Below the pieces are notes generated by a model that was not told the DNA's origin, did no database searches, and saw nothing but the letters and a program-made list of their open reading frames with translations. Below are positions 17,430 to 27,099 of a stretch of DNA of 40,347 nt, in pieces. The position numbers were made by a program, and so were the translations under genes. Location: the IMG/VR virus record IMGVR_UViG_3300049442_000178, one strand, 5' to 3'. This stretch comes from a virus. Numbering within the stretch: the first letter of the stretch is position 1; the number at the start of each line of letters is the position of its first letter.

Positions 17430-18299
17430 GTGCCGACGCAGACCGACAATCTGGCGCTAGAGCTGCCCGTGGTGGGGGCCTCGCGGGATACGTGGGGAAC
17501 CACTCTTAACCAGAATTTCACCAAGATCGACACGGTCATGCCGATCGGCTGCGTATTGGATTTCGCCGGGCCGAGCGCCCCGCCCGGCTGGTTAATCTGT
17601 GACGGTCGGCTCATTTCCCGCACGACATACTCGGATCTGTTCGCCGCCATCAGCACCACCTGGGGCGCGGGCGACGGCACCACGACGTTTAAGTTGCCCA
17701 ACGCTGCGGGGCGTGCATCGGTCGGACCTGGCGCCGTTACCGACGCCAGTGGGCATGTTACCGGGTTTGCGTTTGCGGAGATGGCGGGCAACACAGGGGT
17801 TTCACTCGCGCAGGCAAATCTGCCGAACGTCAGCTTACCGAGCAATACGACTGGGGCTCACGCTCACAATGCAGTGGCCTCGAACGCCGACAGAAATCAC
17901 ACGCACACCGGAACCACCCACTATACCGGCCACGAGGGGGACCATCAGCACACGGTTCCCAACACCACCAGCGGCGCAACGCCTACTGGCTCGCTCGCGT
18001 CCGGGGCGGTTCCCGTCGGCGGCCCGTCGGTCACGTCGGTCGATGGTCAGCACCAGCATACCCTGGATATTGACCCAGCCGGAGTAGATCACACGCACGC
18101 CATCCTTCTAGATAGCCAGGGCGATCATTCGCACACCGTTAGCCTCGGCGGCAGCGCTCAGGTGTTCTCTGTCATTCAGCCCGTCATCGTGTTCAATAAA
18201 ATTATCTTCGCCGGCCATCAGGCAGCTCCGGGGACACTGTTGGCGGCAACTGCCGCGCCCGGTGGCACACCGGCGGCGCCCCTGCGCGGGAACCACTGA
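17430..18299 (+). CDS. Tail fibre protein with a phage tail-collar domain and a His-x-His-rich distal part.
   Basis: N-terminus LALELPVVGASRDTWGTTLNQNFTKID. Collar-domain motif PIGCVLDFAGPSAPPGWLICDGRLISRTTYSDLFAAISTTWGAGDGTTTFKLPNAAGR. Six HxH motifs (HAH, HTH, HQH, HQH, HTH, HSH). Confidence 0.8.
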   Translation: MPTQTDNLALELPVVGASRDTWGTTLNQNFTKIDTVMPIGCVLDFAGPSAPPGWLICDGRLISRTTYSDLFAAISTTWGAGDGTTTFKLPNAAGRASVGPGAVTDASGHVTGFAFAEMAGNTGVSLAQANLPNVSLPSNTTGAHAHNAVASNADRNHTHTGTTHYTGHEGDHQHTVPNTTSGATPTGSLASGAVPVGGPSVTSVDGQHQHTLDIDPAGVDHTHAILLDSQGDHSHTVSLGGSAQVFSVIQPVIVFNKIIFAGHQAAPGTLLAATAAPGGTPAAPLRGNH

Positions 18300-19939
18300 T
18301 GGCTCGGGTAACCCAGGCCCCGCCCCCTGGCGTGGTCCGCAATGCCACGCCGGAGGCGACGCCTGGGCGGTGGTTCGATGTGAATCACATTCGGTTCCGC
18401 GGCGGCCAGATCCAGCCCATCGGCGGCAACGTCGCGCTGCAGGATGACACGGGAAACGATCTATCGCTCCCGCTCCAGCCGGTCGGCGATCCCGATATTC
18501 CGCCCGGCGCCGACTGGCCGAGGGACATCCTGACATGGCACGACAACAGCCTCCCACCCGTGCGATGGGCTGCGATCGGCACGGACTACCGGCTCTACGC
18601 CTATCGCTTCGACACCCATGCGCGCTACGACATCACGCCGTCGGGTGTCGGCCGCCTTGATCCTCCCGGCGCGTTCGTCGGCTACGGGGCTGGCGATTAC
18701 GGCGAGGGCGACTACGGCACCAGCCGTGAGGGGGCCGACATTGGCGTCACCGACATCGCGGCCGTCATGGGCGACATTTGGAGCCTCGACACATTCGGAG
18801 AGGATCTGCTGATTGTGCCGACACAGGACGGGCACCTATACCGCTGGTCGCCGTCTCAGGCTTTATTCGATCCGGACGATTCGGCGCGATTGCCTGTTCT
18901 GAATACCCACGCACCCACCAACAACCGCGGGGTCATCGTCACCGACCAGCGTCATGTCGTGTTGCTCGGGGCCGGCGGCGACCCCCGCAAGATCGCCTGG
19001 AGCGACCAGGAAAACCCGGACGAGTGGGCGGCCGACGTTGCCAACCTCGCCGGCGACAAAATGCTGGTGACGCAGAGCGTCGTGATGACGGCGAAAAAAG
19101 TCAGCGACGGCATCCTGATATTCACCGGCAACGACGTTCACCGCATGACATACGTGGGCGCGCCGTACGCGTACGGCATCACGCAGGTCGGCTTTGCTTG
19201 TGGACCGCTGTCGCCGCGCGCGGTGGTGTCGATCGGGAGTGTGGTGGTTTGGCCCGGGGCGCAGACATTCTGGGGCTACAGCGGCAATGTGCAGCCGGTG
19301 CCGTGCGATGTCGGGGACTGGTTCTACTCGCTCCTGAACCGGGATTTTGTCGGCCGCGTGTTCGGTAGCCCTAACCCCGCATTCTCGGAGTTCTGGTGGG
19401 ACTGGCCGGATGGCGAATCGACCGAGTGCAGCCGGTATCTGATTTTCAACTATGGGGATGCTGCCAAGCCATGGGCGATCGGCACACGCAATCGCACCGC
19501 GGCTGATCCGTCCGGCACAATGGATAACCCGGTGCTGGGCGGTTATCTGGCGTCGTTCGTCCCTCCCCATCACGGCTCAATATTCCTCCATGAATTCGGC
19601 TGGACGAATAATGGCCAGGCACGCGCGGTTTCCCGAGGCATCTATGCCGAGAGCGGTGCAATTGCGCTGGGCGAAGGCGATAAGCGGGTCCACGTCAAGC
19701 AAGTGATATTCGATTCCGCGCCGCCGCAGGGTGCGGTCGTTTATTCCTTTTTCGTCCGCGAGGAGCCGGGCGACGATACCGGCGAGTTTCAAACCGAGTA
19801 CTATACCGACGTGCATGCCGGCCTGATGGACGTGCGATTCTCTGGACGGAGTGTTCGCATGCGCGTTGTGGCACTGCAGGATGGTCCGTGGTCGGTCGGT
19901 CGGCCGCGGCTCGACATCCGGCCTGGTGGACGGCGCTAA
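18299..19939 (+). CDS. Hypothetical large tail-module protein (546 aa).
   Basis: TGATG overlap with the fibre gene. Beta-rich, with W/G/D-rich repeats suggesting a propeller-like fold. Function not recognised. Confidence 0.55.
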   Translation: MARVTQAPPPGVVRNATPEATPGRWFDVNHIRFRGGQIQPIGGNVALQDDTGNDLSLPLQPVGDPDIPPGADWPRDILTWHDNSLPPVRWAAIGTDYRLYAYRFDTHARYDITPSGVGRLDPPGAFVGYGAGDYGEGDYGTSREGADIGVTDIAAVMGDIWSLDTFGEDLLIVPTQDGHLYRWSPSQALFDPDDSARLPVLNTHAPTNNRGVIVTDQRHVVLLGAGGDPRKIAWSDQENPDEWAADVANLAGDKMLVTQSVVMTAKKVSDGILIFTGNDVHRMTYVGAPYAYGITQVGFACGPLSPRAVVSIGSVVVWPGAQTFWGYSGNVQPVPCDVGDWFYSLLNRDFVGRVFGSPNPAFSEFWWDWPDGESTECSRYLIFNYGDAAKPWAIGTRNRTAADPSGTMDNPVLGGYLASFVPPHHGSIFLHEFGWTNNGQARAVSRGIYAESGAIALGEGDKRVHVKQVIFDSAPPQGAVVYSFFVREEPGDDTGEFQTEYYTDVHAGLMDVRFSGRSVRMRVVALQDGPWSVGRPRLDIRPGGRR

Positions 19940-20433
19940 TGGCGTTTGTTCGCAATCCGCCCGCGCCATTCATCGCCCCCGTATCCGGGGGCATGGAATT
20001 ACGACTGGCCCAGATAGCCGATGCGATAAACGGCAAGGAGGCGAGGGGCGCGCTGATAACTTATGCGCAGCTTCCACCGGAGGTTCGACAGGTCCCTATC
20101 CCGTTTGTCTTCGCTGGCAAACCAGCATCAGGCGCAGTCATCAACATTCCCATGCCGTGGGCGTTGACTGTTCCGGCGTCCCTGGCGGGTACGGTTGTTT
20201 ACGGTCTGACCCCGGCGACGGCAGACGCATTGTTCGTCTTAAATCGGATCATTGCGGGCGTGACGACCGTGCAGATAGGCACCATTACGATAACTTCCGC
20301 CTCGCATACCAGCGTCAGGCTCGCAGGCGGAGGCGGCCCGTCTTCGACCGGCGATGTGCTGCAGATGGTCGCACCTCCGCAGGATTCTACGCTCGCCGAC
20401 GTGGGGATAACGGTCCTCACTTATCGCACATAA
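19939..20433 (+). CDS. Hypothetical tail-module protein (164 aa).
   Basis: TAATG overlap at 19939. Protein-like composition, in contrast to the overlapping 325-aa frame. Confidence 0.55.
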   Translation: MAFVRNPPAPFIAPVSGGMELRLAQIADAINGKEARGALITYAQLPPEVRQVPIPFVFAGKPASGAVINIPMPWALTVPASLAGTVVYGLTPATADALFVLNRIIAGVTTVQIGTITITSASHTSVRLAGGGGPSSTGDVLQMVAPPQDSTLADVGITVLTYRT

Positions 20434-20444
20434 GGAGAAACGCG

Positions 20445-20828
20445 GTGGCTTTCCAGTATGGCACGACCCTGCGCAACAATCAGGTGGCGCAGATACAGAC
20501 GACGATCGGCGTTAGCGGCACATTGAAAATATTCTCGGGCGCGGAGCCGGCCAATTGCGGAGCTGCCGATCCGACCGGATTGCTGGCAACGATCGTCCTG
20601 CCGGCGGCGTTTCTCACCTCGTCGGGCGGCGTTACGACCCTGGCCGGCACCTGGAGCGTTGCCGCTACCGGCACCGGCACGGCACAAAGTTTCCGCATGT
20701 ACGACGGGTCCCTCGTGTGTCATGTGCAGGGGAACACGACGACCGATCTGGTGCTGAACAACACATCAATAGCATCGGGTCAGACCGTTACGGTAACTGC
20801 ATTCACCGTCACGGCCGGCAACGCCTAG
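20445..20828 (+). CDS. Hypothetical tail-module protein (127 aa).
   Basis: GTG 20445 is preceded by AAGGAGA. The upstream part of ORF 19851..20828 is Arg/Gly-rich, off-frame-looking sequence. Confidence 0.55.
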   Translation: MAFQYGTTLRNNQVAQIQTTIGVSGTLKIFSGAEPANCGAADPTGLLATIVLPAAFLTSSGGVTTLAGTWSVAATGTGTAQSFRMYDGSLVCHVQGNTTTDLVLNNTSIASGQTVTVTAFTVTAGNA

Positions 20829-20836
20829 CCTGAATT

Positions 20837-22897
20837 ATGCCCACCGGCACCCTGAGTGCCGTACAGGCATCGCACCGTCTTTTTTCAGCTGGTGGTGCCC
20901 CGGCTCCTCTGCGGCCATTCGGCAAAGGGAGCTTCGGTCCCGGTCCCTACTCGCGGTACCTGCCATATATCATTGGCCAATTATCCAGGGCGCAGGCGAG
21001 TCAGACTTTTGTCGGTCGCGGCGCCCCCCGCGTTGGTGGCACTCTCTCTCGTCCGCAAGCAGCGCAGACATTGGCCTCGACAGGGATCATCGGTGTAATT
21101 GCCACCCTGTCCAGGGCCCAGGCGGCGCAGAGCCTGATTGGTGCCGGTGGTCCCCGCGCCAGCGGGGCACTCGTTGTCACCCAAGCCGGCGAGGCGCTCG
21201 TTGCCTCTGGCAGCCCTGCTGCAGTTGGTGCTTTGTCCAGATCCCAGGCGGCACAAAGCCTCATTGCTGCCGGCGGGCCACGAGCCAGCGGTTTGCTGAC
21301 GGCTACACAGGCCGGCCATGCTGTTATTGCCTCGGGTAGTTCTGCAGTCGTTGGCGTCCTGTCCCGCATCCAGGCGAATCATAGCCTGGCGGCTACGGGG
21401 CCGAATATCATTGCCGGGTCGGTGGTTTTAACCCAGGCGGCGCAGACTCTTGCTGCCGCTGTGATTTTGAACATCACCGCCACGCTCTCGCGGACGCAAG
21501 CAGCCGAGAGCGTGTCGGCGGCGGGCAGCGCCAGTATAGTCGGCATCCTGTCCAGACTGCAGTCGGCACAAGGCCTCGTCGCTGCCGGTGGTGTCCGTGT
21601 TGGTGCGACGCTGGTTGCTGTGCAGACAGCTCATAGCTTTGCCGCTGTTGGTGGCCCGCGCGCCAGCGGTGCGGTGACCGCGACACAGGCGGCTCATAGT
21701 TATGTCGGTTCCGGTGGTCCTCGCATAGGCGGTCTGCTCTCGGCTATCCAGGCCAATCACTCTCTTTCGGCTACGGGGCCGAATATCATTGCCGGCACGC
21801 TGCTTCTGAATCAGGCGCCACACAGCGCCGCCGCCTCGGGCGCTTTGCCAATTATTGGCAGGTTGGCCGGTGGTCCACGACCGTACGGCAAAGGAACGTA
21901 TGGCTCGGGCCCGTATTCACGCAACTTCGCTAAAACAGATCAGACTCTTGTTGCCGCCGGAAACGTTCGGACTGGCGGCATCCTGTCCCGCATCCAGGCA
22001 GCACAAAGTCTCGTCGCGGCAGGTGGTGTTCGTGTTGGTGGAACGCTAATTGTTGCGCAGGCGGCACAGCGCCTGGTTGCTGCAGGGATTTCGTTTGTTG
22101 GCAGCACGCTCGTGGCTACCCAGGCGGCGCAAACTCTTGCGGCGGCGGGCAATATCCGCATAGGCGGGGCGCTGGTTGCTACCCAGGCCAATCACTCTCT
22201 TGCAGCGACAGGGCCGAATATCATTGCCGGTGCGTTGCGGCTGACTCAGGCGCCGCACGCTTTCGCCGGCGTGGGGTCTACCGGCATCGTTGCCATGCTT
22301 ACGCGGACGCAGGCGGCACAGACGTTGACTGCAATCGGAATCGATCCTGTTGCCGGCATGTTGGCCAGAACGCAGGCGGCGCAGAGTCTCGTCGCCGCCG
22401 GGACTCTCCCGATCATTGCAAGGCTCGTCGGGTCACAGGACGATCAGATCCTATCCGCCGTCGCCGGCCTTGGCACTGGCAGCATACTGATTGCCAACCA
22501 GCAGGATCACACCCTGATTGCCGCCGGCGGTTTTCGCGTGGATGGAATGCTGGGCCGCACGCAGGCGAATCACACGTTGCAGGCCAGCGGTCCAGGGATC
22601 ACAGCCGGCGGGCTCATTGCTGCTCAGGCGCTGCATACTCTGACGGCTGCCGGCGCCACCGGCAATGCCGGCACGCTCTCTCGTCTGCAGGCCGCGGAGG
22701 TGCTGACGGCAACCGGGTTATCCTCGCTCGGGGCTGTCTTGAATATTATACAGTCCAGTCAGACGCTGATATGCTCCGCGGTGTCCGGGATCGAGGGTGG
22801 CGCAGTCGTGACTCAGGGCAACCACACATTGACGGCGGAGGGGCTGACCGAAATGGTGGCCGCACCGGAACAATTACGAGCCTTGGTGCTGGCATGA
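20837..22897 (+). CDS. Repeat protein made of about 30 perfectly phased 21-residue units in two halves; putative fibre/solenoid virion protein.
   Basis: Manual parse gave 1 N-terminal unit, then FGKGSFGPGPYSR, 14 units, YGKGTYGSGPYSR, and 15 units. Consensus L-x3-Q-A-x-[QH]-x-L-x-A-x-G-x5-G-x. Confidence 0.7.
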   Translation: MPTGTLSAVQASHRLFSAGGAPAPLRPFGKGSFGPGPYSRYLPYIIGQLSRAQASQTFVGRGAPRVGGTLSRPQAAQTLASTGIIGVIATLSRAQAAQSLIGAGGPRASGALVVTQAGEALVASGSPAAVGALSRSQAAQSLIAAGGPRASGLLTATQAGHAVIASGSSAVVGVLSRIQANHSLAATGPNIIAGSVVLTQAAQTLAAAVILNITATLSRTQAAESVSAAGSASIVGILSRLQSAQGLVAAGGVRVGATLVAVQTAHSFAAVGGPRASGAVTATQAAHSYVGSGGPRIGGLLSAIQANHSLSATGPNIIAGTLLLNQAPHSAAASGALPIIGRLAGGPRPYGKGTYGSGPYSRNFAKTDQTLVAAGNVRTGGILSRIQAAQSLVAAGGVRVGGTLIVAQAAQRLVAAGISFVGSTLVATQAAQTLAAAGNIRIGGALVATQANHSLAATGPNIIAGALRLTQAPHAFAGVGSTGIVAMLTRTQAAQTLTAIGIDPVAGMLARTQAAQSLVAAGTLPIIARLVGSQDDQILSAVAGLGTGSILIANQQDHTLIAAGGFRVDGMLGRTQANHTLQASGPGITAGGLIAAQALHTLTAAGATGNAGTLSRLQAAEVLTATGLSSLGAVLNIIQSSQTLICSAVSGIEGGAVVTQGNHTLTAEGLTEMVAAPEQLRALVLA
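20981..22860 (+). repeat. 63-nt in-frame tandem repeat array with a higher-order period of about 378 nt.
   Basis: The 20-mer gggccgaatatcattgccgg recurs at 21398, 21776 and 22211. The first spacing is 378, which is 6 x 63. Confidence 0.8.
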
Positions 22898-23265
22898 GCG
22901 ACGACGAGCGCAGGGACAGATTCGAGCGGGCACTGGCCGACGGCGGATGCACGCATTCGGTTGCCGATGTGCTCCAGCTCATCAAGGCCGGCCGGGCGCA
23001 GCTCTGGGAGCGTGGCGACGGGACGATCGTCACCGAGGTTCACACGTTCCCGCGGCTCAAGAGCGTGCATTACTGGCTTGCCTCCGGCGAACTGCACGAT
23101 TGCCTCGGCCTGCAGGACGAGATCGACGAGTGGGCGCGAGGCGAGGGCTGCGAGATAGCGACGATCGTAGGCCGGCGCGGCTGGGGACGGGCGGCGAAGG
23201 GCTGGACGCTCGACGGGTATCACTATCGCAAGCCGCTCGGACATTTTTGGAGTGATCGGCCATGA
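22894..23265 (+). CDS. Hypothetical protein (123 aa).
   Basis: ATGA overlap at 22894 and ATGA overlap at the 3' end. No domain recognised. Confidence 0.55.
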   Translation: MSDDERRDRFERALADGGCTHSVADVLQLIKAGRAQLWERGDGTIVTEVHTFPRLKSVHYWLASGELHDCLGLQDEIDEWARGEGCEIATIVGRRGWGRAAKGWTLDGYHYRKPLGHFWSDRP

Positions 23266-24398
23266 GCACCAGCGGCACCCCGATAACCACGACATCCACG
23301 AGCAGCGGCGGCACGGCGATACCGGACTGGATGACCCTTGCCGCGCAGAGAGCGGTGGGAACGGCGACGGATCTGAGCCAGCGGCCCTACACGCCCTACA
23401 CGGGCGAGCAGGTGGCGCCGACGACCGCCGATACGAACGCGGCATACCAGGCCGTGCGGAACATGCAGGGCGCAGGCGCGCCGGCCTACACCGCCTCCGA
23501 GAACGCCTATACCGGACTGCTCGGCAGTGCCGTGCCGATGACGCCGGACGCGGTCAGGAACAACGCCGCGAATCTCTACGGCGGCTTTGCGCAAGGTGTT
23601 TTTACGCCGGCCATGCAGATGCTGGCACCCTATGTCGGCACCGGCCCGGCGACGGCGGCGGGGGTGGGCGCCAATGCACAGGCGCTGATGAGCCCGTACA
23701 CGGCGAACGTCATCGATCCGACGCTGGCGGCGGGCGAGCAGGCGCGACGGCTGGCGCGGCAGACGATTGCCGGGAACGCGAATAACGCCGGCGCGTTCGG
23801 CGGTTCGCGGCAGGGCGTGACCGAGGGCGTGTCGGACGCGCAGATGGCACTCGGGACGCAGCAGCAAATCGGAAATATGCTGACGGGCGGGTGGAATGCA
23901 GCGCTTACGCCGGCCTATGGTCTCGCGACGACCGGAGCGGCGCAGGGGCTGTCGGCTCGGAACACGCTGACCGGGCTGTTGGCTCCCGGCTACCAGAACG
24001 CGCAGGCGACGGCCTATGGCATGGGGGCTAATAATCTCCAGGCAGGCCTTGCCGCGGCAGCGGGTCTGCCGGGTGTCGCGACGGCGGCCCAGGCCTACGG
24101 CCAGAAGGATGCCGGGTTGATGCAGGCGATCGGCACGGCCCAGCAGGGGCAGCAGCAGAATGTTGACACCGCAGCCATGGGCGACTTCTACGCCGCGCAG
24201 AACTGGCCGGTGCAGAATCTGGATTTGTTGACGAGCACGCTGGGCGGCGTGCCCTATTCCACCAGCGGCACCAGCACGGGCACAGCGCAGCAGAGCACGA
24301 CGCAAAACGTACCGGGGTCAATTCTCGGCGGGACCGCGCAGGCCCTGGCCATTGCCAAGGGGGCGAAAGACGTTGGCTTGTTAGGGTGGTTAGGCTGA
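23262..24398 (+). CDS. Putative internal virion / ejection protein (378 aa).
   Basis: Ala/Gly/Gln/Thr-rich. Lies within a block of large proteins that ends with the SLT-domain protein. Assigned from position only. Confidence 0.4.
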   Translation: MSTSGTPITTTSTSSGGTAIPDWMTLAAQRAVGTATDLSQRPYTPYTGEQVAPTTADTNAAYQAVRNMQGAGAPAYTASENAYTGLLGSAVPMTPDAVRNNAANLYGGFAQGVFTPAMQMLAPYVGTGPATAAGVGANAQALMSPYTANVIDPTLAAGEQARRLARQTIAGNANNAGAFGGSRQGVTEGVSDAQMALGTQQQIGNMLTGGWNAALTPAYGLATTGAAQGLSARNTLTGLLAPGYQNAQATAYGMGANNLQAGLAAAAGLPGVATAAQAYGQKDAGLMQAIGTAQQGQQQNVDTAAMGDFYAAQNWPVQNLDLLTSTLGGVPYSTSGTSTGTAQQSTTQNVPGSILGGTAQALAIAKGAKDVGLLGWLG

Positions 24399-24832
24399 TG
24401 GCGTTTTTCGGTTTGTTCGGTAGCCCTGACAGCCCGTACAGCACGGGGAGTCAGTACACGTCCTATGTTCCGGGCGATCCCCAATTTGCGGCGGGGTTCG
24501 CAAACCCCGGGGCTCTGGCTACCGCGGCCAATGCCGCGGGGCGGCCGGGGACAGAGGATCTCAACCAGACCGACACCAGTTGGCTCAGCAAGGCCAGCAG
24601 CCCCGCCCTCGTGCAGGCGCTGCAGGACGCCGCCAAGAGCAGCGTGTTCAATCCGAAGGACCCGCCACCCCTGGCCGCGGCAGCTATCCCGACGGGAAAG
24701 CCTGGCGCTCCTGCGCGTCCGCAGTCGCTCGACGCGCTCGTGCAGTTCCTGGAGAAGCAGCGGGCGGCATACGGCACGCTGAGCGGCCAGCCGGTGCAAC
24801 GGGCACAGACGCTCGGGCTTTTGGGGTTCTGA
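24398..24832 (+). CDS. Hypothetical protein (144 aa).
   Basis: TGATG overlap at 24398. No domain recognised. Confidence 0.5.
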   Translation: MAFFGLFGSPDSPYSTGSQYTSYVPGDPQFAAGFANPGALATAANAAGRPGTEDLNQTDTSWLSKASSPALVQALQDAAKSSVFNPKDPPPLAAAAIPTGKPGAPARPQSLDALVQFLEKQRAAYGTLSGQPVQRAQTLGLLGF

Positions 24833-24834
24833 TC

Positions 24835-27099
24835 ATGGCAGACGACACGCAGCCGCCGACCGATCCGAACGTGCTGAATGCGGCCTTGCAGTACCTCATC
24901 GGACAACGGCAACAGGCGGCACCCTCTCCGGCTCCTGTAGACCGCTCCATCATTTCGCTGCTCGGCGAGGCTGTGGGCGGCGGAAGCATGGGCTTGTCGC
25001 CGGCGGATCGGGAGGCGGCCGGCACGCGGGCACTGCTCAACTTCGGTGCGAATCTGTCGGCGGCGAGCGGGCCCAGCACGATACCGCGGTCGTTCGGCCA
25101 GATATTTGCGCAGGGCGTGGGCGGGGCGCAGCAGAGCCTGGCCGGGAGCGAGGCCGTGGGCGCGTCTCGCCTGGCCGCGCAGCAGGCCTACGAGGAGAAG
25201 CAGCAGGAGCTGCGGCTCAACGCCATCAAGGAGGCGCTGCCGTTCCTGAAGATGACGCAAGGCGCTGCTATCCCCAACACGCTCGTTTCTGGCGCCGGAC
25301 CACGCACCAGCATCGCCGCGGTCGATGTGCCGGCCGGCAACTACGGTGCCGGTGGCCCCGGCGCTGACGCGAAGGTGCCGGCCGAATGGCTGCCCTATTA
25401 TCAGGAGGCGTCGGCGCGCACAGGCATTCCTGTGGATGTGCTGATTGCCCAGGCGCGGCAGGAGAGCGGGTTCAACGCCAACGCTACCGGCAAGGCCGGC
25501 GAGATCGGCGTACATCAGATCAAGCCGACGACGGCGGCCGATCCCGGGCTCGGTGTAAAGCCGCTTGATCCCGCGCTGCTCAAGGACCCGCGCGCCAACA
25601 TCAACTTCGCTGCGGACTACCTCAAGGCGCACTTGCCTCCCGGCGCCGATCCTACAGACCCGGCCGCGATCCGTCTGGCGCTCAAGGGCTACAACGGCGG
25701 TGGCGATCCGAACTATGTGGCGAACGTCACGCGCTACCTGCCCGTTCCGGCCGCTCCGAAGGCCGCTGACGGCACATCTACCGCGGCCCCGTACAAAGTG
25801 GCCTCGACAGGCGCGACCGCCCCGCCGACCTCCACCGCGCCTCCTGCGCCGGGCAGCGTGGCGGCAGAGACCGCAGGGCTGGTGATGCCTCCAGGCGCAA
25901 CGCCCCCAGCAGCTCCGGCACTACCAACCGACGGCAAGCTGACGTTTGAACAGTTCCAGGCATTGCATCCAACAACGATCGACCCGGCCAGCTACACGGT
26001 GACGCCGCCCAATCTGGACGCGCTTCTGAGCGCCCGCGATCAAGCCAAGCGGCAATTGGATCTGGCCAATCGGGGCATCGCCGGCGATCCGGACAAGGCG
26101 CTGACCGCCTACACTGCGGCCGCTAAGGATGTTACTGACGCGCAGGCGGCGGCTACGGTGGAATCGGCAAAACTGCGGCAGAAAATGCAGGAGGATGCGC
26201 GCACTCACCAGCGCGCACTCTACACAGATGAGATGAAGCGGCAGCAGGAAATTGAAGAGGCCGACAAACAGCGGGGGGCGGCGGTCGCACTGAAGACGCA
26301 GGAAGGCCAGCAGGCGATCGATCTGGCCAAGGTGCAGGCTGGCCAGACGTATCACCAGAAGATTGCCGAGGAAGCGGCAAGCGCCGCGCAGAAAAACACA
26401 ATCGAACCGATGTCCGCGGCCGGCTTGAAAGCGCATCAGATGAATCTGGGCCTGTCACAGATGCTGCCATTGCTGGCGGATCTGCCAAAGGGCGGCGGGA
26501 TATTAGGCTCCGTGCTGGACGCTCACCCCGATCTGGCGCCGCTGTTTAGCACCGCAGGCATCCTGAACGATAAACAGGCCGACGCCGTGCGCCTGATTAA
26601 CGGGCTGGTGGCGAACATCAGCACCGAGATGAAACCGGCCGGCCTCGGTGCGCTCCGGGAATATGAATGGGATGCTTTCAAAGCGCAATTGCCGAACATG
26701 CTCTCGACTCCGGCCGGACAGCAGAAGGCGGTTGCGATGCTGATGAATATGAACAACCGCATTCAGCAGGAAGGTTCTTGGATGAACAGCTATTTCAACC
26801 GCAAGATCCCGGATGAAACGACGCTGGGCAGAACCGTCTCAGCGCACAATCTCGAAACCGACAATCCAAGCGAAACCGTGCAGCAGCGTATGGACAGGGA
26901 ACTAGGACCGATCATCCCGTCATACAGCGGCCCTCCCAGCGGCAGCGGACAGGCGCAGTGGGAACAATCGCTCCCGCCCGGCAAGCCTTACTACAAGAAG
27001 TGGGCGCTGCCAGATCCACAGCGCCCTGGTCAGCCACTGCGTGACGAGCGCGGCAACATCAAGACAACGACGACAATGGAAGTTCGGCCATGGCAATAG
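24835..27099 (+). CDS. Internal virion protein with a lytic transglycosylase (SLT) domain.
   Basis: The ARTGIPVDVLIAQARQESGFNANATGKAGEIGVHQIKPTTA ... ALKGYNGGGDPNYV segment fits the SLT motifs E-S, GxxQ and Y. The catalytic-type Glu codon is at 25462-25464. A long coiled-coil-like segment follows. 754 aa. Confidence 0.8.
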   Translation: MADDTQPPTDPNVLNAALQYLIGQRQQAAPSPAPVDRSIISLLGEAVGGGSMGLSPADREAAGTRALLNFGANLSAASGPSTIPRSFGQIFAQGVGGAQQSLAGSEAVGASRLAAQQAYEEKQQELRLNAIKEALPFLKMTQGAAIPNTLVSGAGPRTSIAAVDVPAGNYGAGGPGADAKVPAEWLPYYQEASARTGIPVDVLIAQARQESGFNANATGKAGEIGVHQIKPTTAADPGLGVKPLDPALLKDPRANINFAADYLKAHLPPGADPTDPAAIRLALKGYNGGGDPNYVANVTRYLPVPAAPKAADGTSTAAPYKVASTGATAPPTSTAPPAPGSVAAETAGLVMPPGATPPAAPALPTDGKLTFEQFQALHPTTIDPASYTVTPPNLDALLSARDQAKRQLDLANRGIAGDPDKALTAYTAAAKDVTDAQAAATVESAKLRQKMQEDARTHQRALYTDEMKRQQEIEEADKQRGAAVALKTQEGQQAIDLAKVQAGQTYHQKIAEEAASAAQKNTIEPMSAAGLKAHQMNLGLSQMLPLLADLPKGGGILGSVLDAHPDLAPLFSTAGILNDKQADAVRLINGLVANISTEMKPAGLGALREYEWDAFKAQLPNMLSTPAGQQKAVAMLMNMNNRIQQEGSWMNSYFNRKIPDETTLGRTVSAHNLETDNPSETVQQRMDRELGPIIPSYSGPPSGSGQAQWEQSLPPGKPYYKKWALPDPQRPGQPLRDERGNIKTTTTMEVRPWQ

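Noticed and set aside
19851-20828. 325-aa ORF spanning two smaller genes.
   Set aside because: Its first 198 codons are Arg/Gly/Cys-rich, off-frame-looking sequence overlapping the protein-like gene 19939-20433. A GTG with AAGGAGA upstream at 20445 gives a sensible 127-aa product.
20981-22860. CRISPR array or diversity-generating retroelement as an explanation for the 63-nt repeats. The same question applies to the repeats at 13284-13715 and the iterons at 39048-39131.
   Set aside because: The repeats are in-frame coding units with diverged sequence, not identical repeats separated by unique spacers. No cas gene, reverse transcriptase or template/variable repeat pair with adenine-specific differences is present.
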